DNA of 32,000 nucleotides, from assembly GCF_014857065.1 (NCBI RefSeq), contig NZ_CP046533.1, positions 360,001 to 392,000 of the forward strand. Direction: 5' to 3'. Under the pieces are notes generated by a model. The model made no database searches, had not been told where the DNA came from, and was given only the letters and a program-made list of their open reading frames with translations. A program made the position numbers and the translations under genes. Source of the stretch: Candidatus Saccharimonadota bacterium (GTDB lineage: Bacteria > Pseudomonadota > Gammaproteobacteria > Enterobacterales > Enterobacteriaceae). Positions 21,598 through 29,755 of this stretch are shown here, one piece after another. The stretch's first letter is position 1. Each line of letters opens with the position of its first letter.

Positions 21598-22566
21598 TTA
21601 TTTATCACGATTAACTATTAAGTTTGCCAAACTCTCTAATGCATTGCGATAAGGAGATGGATGAAAATTACTTAAACAAGCGACAGCCTTATCAGATTCC
21701 TTTCTTGCACATTCTCTGGTATATTCTAAAGAACCATACTGACACATAACTCCAAGTACAAAGTCCAAAGAATCCTGGCTATTACCCCGTTCAATCGCTT
21801 GACGGATTAAGGATCCTTCAATTGAAGTAGAATGTTGCATAGCATGTAATAAAGGTAAAGTAAGCTTACCTTCATTTAAATCATCTCCAATATTTTTCCC
21901 AAATTTTTGATTATCAACAACGTAATCTAATAAATCATCAATTAACTGAAAAGAAATACCTAAATGACAACCATATTTACGTAAAGCTAATTCTTGACGC
22001 ATATTAGCATCAGCCAAAATAGCTGATGACTGAGAAGCAACCTCAAATAGCTTAGCAGTCTTTCTGTAAATTATTTGCATATAATTTTCTACGGAAATAT
22101 CAGGATCATTACAATTCATTAATTGAAGTAACTCACCCTCTGCAATTACATTAACTGCCTCAGATATTAAAGACAACACCCGTAACGACTTTAATGAAAT
22201 CATCATCTGAAAAGCCTTAGTATATATAAAATCCCCAACTAAAACACTTGCTGCATTACTAAATTCTATATTAGTTGTTAACTTTCCTCGACGCATAACA
22301 GATTGGTCTACCACATCGTCATGTAATAACGTTGCCATATGAATGAATTCTATCAATGTGGCGACAGTAATATGTTGTTTTTTATAGTTGAGAATCTTTG
22401 CTGATAACAAAACAACTATAGGTCTAATTCGTTTACCTCCACTACTAAGAATGTAATTAATTAACTTATTCACTAACATTACTTCAGAAGTTAATTGTTC
22501 ATAAATCATTGCATTAACATCTGACATATCTTGCGCAATTAAATCAATAATTTCTTTGAAATTCAT
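21598..22566 (-). CDS. ispB: octaprenyl diphosphate synthase
   Basis: Both DDxxD motifs are present (LLHDDVVDQS and QLIDDLLDY). The start MNFKEIIDLIAQDMSDVNA aligns with E. coli MNLEKINELTAQDMAGVNA. I place the start at the ATG at 22566; the ORF track extends five codons further to a TTG at 22581. Confidence 0.94.
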   Translation of the reverse strand: MNFKEIIDLIAQDMSDVNAMIYEQLTSEVMLVNKLINYILSSGGKRIRPIVVLLSAKILNYKKQHITVATLIEFIHMATLLHDDVVDQSVMRRGKLTTNIEFSNAASVLVGDFIYTKAFQMMISLKSLRVLSLISEAVNVIAEGELLQLMNCNDPDISVENYMQIIYRKTAKLFEVASQSSAILADANMRQELALRKYGCHLGISFQLIDDLLDYVVDNQKFGKNIGDDLNEGKLTLPLLHAMQHSTSIEGSLIRQAIERGNSQDSLDFVLGVMCQYGSLEYTRECARKESDKAVACLSNFHPSPYRNALESLANLIVNRDK

Positions 22567-22596
22567 TATGTTATTCAACAAAATAAAATATACAAC

Positions 22597-22632
22597 ATAT
22601 TTATTACATATTGCTAGATATGTAATAAATAT
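22597..22632. repeat. perfect 15-bp inverted repeat with a 6-nt spacer in the ispB/rplU divergent intergenic region
   Basis: The arm atatttattacatat (22597-22611) is followed by the spacer tgctag and the arm atatgtaataaatat (22618-22632). I checked it base by base. It lies 31 nt upstream of the ispB ATG. Confidence 0.85.
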
Positions 22633-22782
22633 TATTAAATATTACAATTTAAAATAAAAAATAAACAAGCATGACGATCTAGCTTATATTTGATGTATTT
22701 AAATTGTCAATAATATATGTTGATTAATGTAATGATATTCTCTATCTTATGACAAAATCTATAAAATATGTGGAGTACTTGT

Positions 22783-23091
22783 ATGTATGCTGTTTTCAAA
22801 AATGGTGGTAAACAATATCAAGTTACTGAAAATCAAATTCTAAAAGTTGAAAAATTAAATATTGAAATAGGTAAAATAATTGAATTTAATACGATTATGA
22901 TTATTGTCAATAATAAAATTGTTCAAATTGGTCATCCATTTATTAAAGAAAAAAAAATAACAGCGAAAATAATATCTCACAATAAAGATAAAAAAATCAA
23001 AATTATAAAATTCAAACGAAGAAAACATTTCCGTAAAACTCAGGGTCATCGTCAATGGTTTACAACCATAAAAATAATAAATATTGTATGA
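22783..23091 (+). CDS. rplU: 50S ribosomal protein L21
   Basis: The start MYAVFKNGGKQYQV and the segment KFKRRKHFRKTQGHRQWFT match E. coli L21. I place the start at the ATG at 22783, which is preceded by GGAG. The ORF track begins five codons earlier. Confidence 0.95.
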   Translation: MYAVFKNGGKQYQVTENQILKVEKLNIEIGKIIEFNTIMIIVNNKIVQIGHPFIKEKKITAKIISHNKDKKIKIIKFKRRKHFRKTQGHRQWFTTIKIINIV

Positions 23092-23116
23092 TAATTAAAA
23101 AAGGATATATATCAAA

Positions 23117-23374
23117 ATGGCACATAAAAAAGCTGGTGGATCAACTCGTAACGGCCGAGATTCAAAAGGTAAACGCTTAGGTATAAAACACTTTGGAGGA
23201 GAAAAAGTAAATATAGGTAATATTATCGTACGTCAACGTGGTAATAAATTCCATGCAGGGAACAACGTAGGTTGTGGCAAAGATTATACATTATTTGCTT
23301 TAAAAAATGGAATAATCAAATTTACAAAAAAAGGAAAAAATCAACGAAGATTTATTAATATTATTTCTGAATAA
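23117..23374 (+). CDS. rpmA: 50S ribosomal protein L27
   Basis: [29 protein letters not shown]...[20 protein letters not shown] is close to E. coli L27. An AAGGA Shine-Dalgarno lies upstream. Confidence 0.97.
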   Translation: MAHKKAGGSTRNGRDSKGKRLGIKHFGGEKVNIGNIIVRQRGNKFHAGNNVGCGKDYTLFALKNGIIKFTKKGKNQRRFINIISE

Positions 23375-23635
23375 TTTCTAATAATAATTAGTAAAATATA
23401 ATTCTTGAAATTAAAAAAAATAGAACAATTTATGCATTTACTTCACAATAAGAAAATTAAAAAAAATAAAACTAAAATATAATCGGTTCTATTAACCGTA
23501 ACAAACATCCTAATTTAAATATTTGATGAAAATTTTTATTTTAATAATATAACTATAAATGAAATGGGTATTGTTTGAATAAAATAAACGTAATATTATA
23601 AATCTTAGTTTAAAACAAAATTCTAAAATTAAAAA

Positions 23636-24664
23636 ATGAAATACAATGATGAAGTGAATATAACAGTACAAGCTGGAGATAGTGGTAAAAGTTATACTAA
23701 TTTCTTTAACAAAAAACAAAAGAACAAAGACTATAAAAAAAACAACAGCAATGGAGGTAATGGAGGTAACATCTATTTACTAGCTGACAAAAGAATTGAT
23801 ACATTAAAAAAATTTTTTAAGAAAAAAATTTTTAATGGAAATAGAGGAGAAGATGGGAAAACTAGAGGATGTACAGGCAAAAAAGGTAAAGACACCATAA
23901 TTCAGGTTCCGATCGGAACTATAGTAAGTGATTTGGATACAAAAAAGATAATAGGAAAATTATTATATCATAAACAAAGTCTAATAATAGCTAAAGGTGG
24001 AATACATGATTCAAAAAATAATTATTCTAAATTACGTAAAGATTTTTATGTTTCAACTATAAAAAATAAAAAAAATAAAAAAGAAGGAGAAAAAAGAAAA
24101 ATCAAACTAGAGTTAACTTTAAAAGCAGACATCGGTATTGTCGGTCTACCAAACACCGGTAAATCTACATTTCTAGACAAAATATCCACAACAAGACCAA
24201 AAATAGCATATTACCCATTCACTACCTTAACACCTAATATTGGTTTTGTACATATAAACAACGATTCCAATAACGATAATTTCTCAGTCATAGAAATACC
24301 TGCATTAATTAAAGGATCTCACAAAGGAGCTGGATTGGGAATACATTTTCTAAAACACCTAGAACCATGCAAGATAATATTATATTTTATAGACATTAAA
24401 TCATTAAGTAACTCAAATCCAATAGAAAATATCCAAATAATTCATAACGAACTAAAATATTACAATACAAAACTTATAAAAAAACCTTCCTGGCTAATTT
24501 TTAATAAAACAGATCTAATATCTAACAACGAAACAATAAAAAAAATAACACACAATATATCTAAACTAAAACCAGAAACAAAATGCTACTTAATATCTAC
24601 AATGAAAAATTATGGTATTAAAAAATTGTGTTCAGATATAATTTCTTTCCTTAGAAATCTCTGA
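23636..24664 (+). CDS. obgE: Obg-family GTPase ObgE/CgtA; strongly diverged, C-terminal acidic domain absent
   Basis: The start MKYNDEVNITVQAGDSGKS aligns with E. coli MKFVDEASILVVAGDGGNG. G1 is GLPNTGKST, G2 is YPFTTL, G4 is NKTD, and GAGLGIHFLKHLE is conserved. The glycine-rich Obg fold is largely replaced by Lys/Asn. G3 reads EIPA instead of DIPG (see findings). Confidence 0.9.
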   Translation: MKYNDEVNITVQAGDSGKSYTNFFNKKQKNKDYKKNNSNGGNGGNIYLLADKRIDTLKKFFKKKIFNGNRGEDGKTRGCTGKKGKDTIIQVPIGTIVSDLDTKKIIGKLLYHKQSLIIAKGGIHDSKNNYSKLRKDFYVSTIKNKKNKKEGEKRKIKLELTLKADIGIVGLPNTGKSTFLDKISTTRPKIAYYPFTTLTPNIGFVHINNDSNNDNFSVIEIPALIKGSHKGAGLGIHFLKHLEPCKIILYFIDIKSLSNSNPIENIQIIHNELKYYNTKLIKKPSWLIFNKTDLISNNETIKKITHNISKLKPETKCYLISTMKNYGIKKLCSDIISFLRNL

Positions 24665-24713
24665 AATACAAAAATAAACAAAAAACAACAAAAATTCACA
24701 TATAACTTTTACT

Positions 24714-24753
24714 ATCTATCTTATTTTAATTATATCTATCCTACTTTAATTAT
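24714..24753. repeat. tandem direct repeat, 2 x 20 bp (18/20 identical)
   Basis: atctatcttattttaattat (24714-24733) is followed directly by atctatcctactttaattat (24734-24753), about 50 nt after the obgE stop. Confidence 0.8.
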
Positions 24754-24906
24754 GCATTCTCATTAAAATAAGATAAATATAACAAATCAAAAAAATTTAA
24801 TTTAAATCAGATTACGCTTCCATACAAAAACTACAGTAACAAATAATAAGCACAGTTAAAATAAATAAGAAATCAAAACACTTAAATTTATACTACAATT
24901 CTAATT

Positions 24907-27900
24907 TTAAACAATGTATTTGCTGAATATTACAAAATGAAGATATTGCCCATCTCTTGAGTATTTAAAATAAAATTATTAACACTAAATACCTTACCAA
25001 TTTAAGCCAAAATTTACCACTTTTAAAATATCCATTTTGGCCAGTATAAACATTACAAGCATATTCTTCTTGCATCAAATCTTTACAATCTTTAACCACG
25101 TAGTAAATACAATAAAGATTATTATTCACATTATTAAATAAAAAACACTTCAAATCTCATAAAATCAATAAATCAAACATTCCCAATCCTACCAAAATAT
25201 TACCCACAATATTATTTTAATCAAGAATAACTGCAGTATTTAAATAAAAACCATCTAAATTATATTTATCACAATATTGAAAATGTTGAAAAATAATAAA
25301 TTATCGTAAAGAAATATAATAAATTAATAAAATAATGTTCATTACAACTCAACAATAAATAAATTTCTTTTCACATCACATCGCAAAAATTTGAATTACT
25401 CAAAATTTTTGAATAATTTTATAATGTTAAAAAATCACATCTACACAAAATAACCATTTTCAAATGTCCTAATTTTATACTTCAAAAATAAATAATCGTT
25501 CTTAAAATTTATTAAACATGAAAATATCAAATTTCAAAATATAATTTTCCATATAAATAATTACTAATTTTAATTCATCTTGATTACAAAATAAGAAATT
25601 ACAAAAAAATTATTTTCATTACTACTCTAAAAAAATCAGAAAAAATCTATAAATCCATAAATTTATAAACTAAAAAATAATAAATAATAAAAGTTCACTA
25701 AATTAAAATATTCTAAAAAATATCAACTCTATTTTCTCGGATAAAATAAAGTTTTCGACGTGACTAAAATTTACACCTGATTATCTCCAATAATAAAAAC
25801 CTGTAAAAATAATTTCCATTGCACTTGAATAATTACAATTAGAATCATCAACCGATTGTAATTATCTAAAAAACTTAACACGATAAATTCTTTAATAGCA
25901 CTATATCATTTAAATCATAAAATTTAAAAACATCATTAAATTATATTCTACTTCCCCATCATTCTAAATAATAACAATTTTAAACAAAGACTACTTTCTC
26001 ACAACGTCATCCATAATTAGGTAACATATAAAACTATCAAAATAAGCTATTTAATTAATAATGCAATGACATGCTGTCCAATTTTATTATTATACCATAG
26101 TGCTATTCTCATATATATCTCATCAAAAAATAATTTTTTAAAAAATATAACACGAAAAATAAAATAAAATATCTGTAAACAATACAAGATCTTGAAAAGA
26201 ACCACATAATTTAATAGAACCCTTCAAATTAACCTTTAAAAAACGAGAAAATAATATCAAAATACGATAAACAATATTAAAAGCTAAAATAAAATTATTA
26301 ATAAAATTTCCTTTAATTTTATAGCACCATTATCTAACTGTAAAAAATTATAAAATTAACCGCCTACCAAAAACATCTCTACTACACGATTTTTGAAAAA
26401 TAAAATATTTATCTTTAATTTTACTAATTAAGTTTATTTTTAAAATATATAATATTTAACAATTACTTCATACAACACCATTAACAAAAATTTTACTCGA
26501 TAAATAAGACGATCGTAAAAAAAACAATTTATTGAAATTGTTAATATAATTTATTAAAAATAATTTAAAAAATCAACTCACACAACGATCCTGAAAATTT
26601 ATTCTTATATAAAATCTATACAATTACCATTCAATATATAAAATATTGAATTTATAGTAAATATAATCATTAATATCATTTCCATAATAATAAAATACTA
26701 TCTGTCAATAAAAATTTTTAAAATTTAGAGTAACATTCTAATTAATAAAAATCCATAATTTATCCTATAAATATGAAGCAATAATTCTAACAAATAATCA
26801 TATAAACTAATAACTAATAAAAATTTAACTTTCTGAATATCTAATATTAATTTAAATGGAAACCAGGAAACGATTTAACAACCAAAAAAAAATAATTATC
26901 CATCAAATAAAATTGAATACTAACTTTAGTATATAATTTATCGTCCAAATAATTAAATATCATAAACCTTGCTCCTTCTTTTTCAGATAATTTTTACTTA
27001 AAACATCAAAATTAAACATTCATTAAATACTTACAATAACAAAGAAGATATTCTGAAAGACTGAATTTAACGTACGACAAACTAATTTTTAAACTTTTTC
27101 ATTCTAAACATTGATTATACATAAATCATTGCAAGCAAAATTTAATAATTAATAAATTACTATAATGCTTTTAAAATAAATTTGAATAATCAATACCTTC
27201 AATAATAAAATTTACTAATGTATCTAAAACGACAATTTTAATGCTAATTTTCAAGATATAATATATAATAATTTGGTTAAATAAACCCGATAATTATTAA
27301 TATCAGAAAATTAAGTCAAAAATATTTAATTTAAGAAAAAAATTTATAAAATAACGTAACTCTCATTATTTAAATAAGAAATATTTTGAATTAATTATTA
27401 TTAATTTACAAACAAATCTTAAGTTTATCTAATACTGAAACAATACCATCTAAATTAAGAAATAAATTATTAATATTAAGATGTCGTATAATAAAAAACA
27501 AACTTTCAAAAAATAATTATACTAATTTCATTTTATTTAATTTATCTACAATCGTCTAAAAACCAATGTTCTTTATATGCAATGCAAAATTCCCTTTATT
27601 TTCAGATGATTAATTAATATTTAATCCTATTGCTACCATACACCTTTAAATAATAAAGCCAAATATATTTTATACTAATATTAATACCAAAAAGATCATA
27701 TTCCAATTCACTAAAATAAGATCTTGTGAACTACTATCCAGGAAAGAAATGTATAGCGCAGAAACATAATAAACTGCAAAATAAAATATTAAATTTAAAA
27801 CAACCTCGCTATAAAAGAAAAATAAGTAAATTCCAACAGAAAGATTATAAATCAGAACCTAAATCAAAATAGAAACATAAACCAATCTCATTTATTACAT

Positions 27901-28188
27901 TTAATTAAAAAATAACTATATCTAATTTAATCAGTCTTAAACATGCATTGTCATTGCATTCCTAATTCAATACTTAATTTAAAAATCATTTTTTTAATAT
28001 TAATTCACTAATTTAACAAAATCTAAAAATGACAAATCCCATAATTTAACAATAAAATTATACTGATATTATAAAAACTCAATAACTAATTGAAAACATC
28101 AAATCATGTACATTTATCACTTCTAAAAAGTAAATATTAAATTTATATTCACAAATACCATGATCAACATCAAAAACAACCTTAAAGA
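24907..28188 (-). pseudogene. hypothesised eroded remnant of a tamB (ytfN)-like gene, with no intact frame
   Basis: This is a by-eye comparison with E. coli TamB recalled from memory. Directly after the putative tamA stop, the frame reads SLRLFLMLIMVFVNINLIFTF* (28188-28123), resembling [20 protein letters not shown]. Residues 41-55 of the 62-aa ORF, GYFKSGKFWLKLVRY (25033-24989), resemble GIFDSIATLTLRY. A frameshifted continuation SRDGQYLHFVIFSKYIV* (24960-24907) resembles the TamB C-terminus SGVDQALDLLYQFEF*. The span is 3.3 kb, against 3.8 kb for E. coli tamB. Most of the interior is unrecognisable by eye. Confidence 0.35.
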
Positions 28189-29755
28189 TTAAGGGGCATT
28201 CATAAATTTTTTAATTTTCATCCAATAAAAAACAACATGATCTATAAAACGATCTTTTTCTAAAATACCGACGACCCAAACTTTTTTATAACGTACAACA
28301 AGAAAATTAAAATCAAAACCCCATAATTTATTATATATATACAAAACAGAAACAACTATTACCAAATATAAAGGTAAATAAACAATTACTATTCTACTTA
28401 ATACAACTAATATCAATTACTGAATACATGAACATCATAATGTATGTCAAATTATTAATTTAAATAAAATGATCAATAACGAAACATAAATTACAAGAAG
28501 AATACCGACCTTCACGTTATCTCAATAACTAATAATATCCATAATTGTAAAATAAACTGCACATCTTTAATACTGTCAATCTTAGACCCACTTTATAACA
28601 AATAACATCTTACTAACGAATTACTTAATGAAAGAATTCTATACTAAAACCTATTATCTTTTAATAAAAAATAAACTTAACTTATTCTCTAAGTCACAAC
28701 CATACTAATTTATACACGTCTTTTCTAAATCACACTAATTTTAACTCAATTTTCATTACATAATCCACTCCAGTTTAAAACTATTTCTAAAATTAACTAA
28801 AATATCTAAAAATAATACTTTACTTTATTAACCATAGACAAAATTTGGAAATATTATCACAGAATTAAACCAGTCAGTAGAAACTAAAATTACTTTTTTA
28901 TTTAATGTAGCCAATAAAAGAACATGATAAAATCACTTATTTTTAATATTAAATACATTATATAAATAACTTTTTTAATTTATGATACATAAAGATTAAC
29001 TTAATCAAAATTTTAATAAACAAACCATCAAAATCAATTTTTTAGAAAGATTTGTTGATTAATTAAGGAAACAAAAAGTTGACTAATATTAAATTTTACA
29101 TTTAAATAACCTTGTAACGAAGAAAAATTTAAAAATTTCTACTTTAATTCTTCATAATCAAAATAGTTTAAAATATTACGCTATCTTACTTCTACCTGAC
29201 ATTAATTTTTACTGAGAATCACACCTTAATTAACATTAGCTTACAAACAATATCGTATTCCAACATCCTTGACAAAAGTCCAAAAAAAAATTACTTATAC
29301 TACTCTATCAAGACACCAATACTATCTTTAAAAAAATGAACCAACAAACTAAAAAAATCAATTTCCGGATAACAACGTTTTAATAACCATAATTCTACAC
29401 AAATAATGTTACTAACCCTACTCTTAAAACATATACTTAAACCATTTCATTAACATCAATATAATTACACTCTGTACATATATTATAGTATAATTTACTT
29501 ATTCAATTCTCCAATTAGAGTCAAAATATCAGAAAACAATAAAAGAACAATTAACAAAAAAAATAAAAAACAATACTCAAAACAATAATAACATTTTTAA
29601 ATTATGTGGATGAATAAACAATAACATATAAACAAATTCTAATATTTAAATCTCCATACAAATATCATACTCAATAAATATCCGTCAAAATTAAAATTCA
29701 AAAATCGTTTAATAACAAAACTATAAACCCAATATCTAGGTACTTGAATAAATAT
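28189..29755 (-). pseudogene. hypothesised eroded remnant of a tamA (ytfM)/Omp85-family gene; only the C-terminal 75 codons remain open (28189-28416)
   Basis: In the 75-aa ORF, VIVVSVLYIYN---KLWGFDF resembles E. coli TamA [21 protein letters not shown] (recalled from memory). LVVRY resembles VGVRW, and DHVVFY resembles DEHGLQFY near the C-terminus, with the stop at a comparable distance. Upstream of 28416 I recognise nothing. The upper boundary is simply the cysQ stop. Confidence 0.4.

Noticed and set aside
22855-23719. Minus-strand ORFs at 22855-23055 (antisense to rplU) and 23510-23719 (overlapping the obgE start).
   Set aside because: Both are Phe/Ile/Asn-rich peptides from AT-rich sequence. 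They overlap real genes and have no similarity to anything I recognise.
26060-27960. An 11-nt inverted match, aatgcaatgac (26060-26070) with gtcattgcatt (27950-27960). Also a shared direct 11-mer, cctactttaat, near both proposed inversion junctions (about 20686 and about 24740).
   Set aside because: For 11-mers in 5 kb of low-complexity DNA, a rough estimate gives an expected chance count of around one. The junction match is direct rather than inverted, so it would not mediate an inversion.
28502-28516. A GC-richer island (revcomp cgtgaaggtcggtat, R-E-G-R-Y) considered as the Omp85/TamA RGY/F motif.
   Set aside because: Its distance to the TamA-like block in the 75-aa ORF is about 45 codons, against about 18 expected. 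The frame has adjacent stops. It is too weak to use as evidence.
24665-29755. Alternative explanations for the desert: a gene read with a different genetic code (e.g. UGA=Trp), a CRISPR array, an rRNA or other structured RNA, or a mobile element.
   Set aside because: Stops in all frames are dominated by TAA/TAG, so recoding TGA would not open long frames. There are no regularly spaced direct repeats and no GC-rich structured segments. There is no transposase or integrase similarity and there are no terminal inverted repeats.
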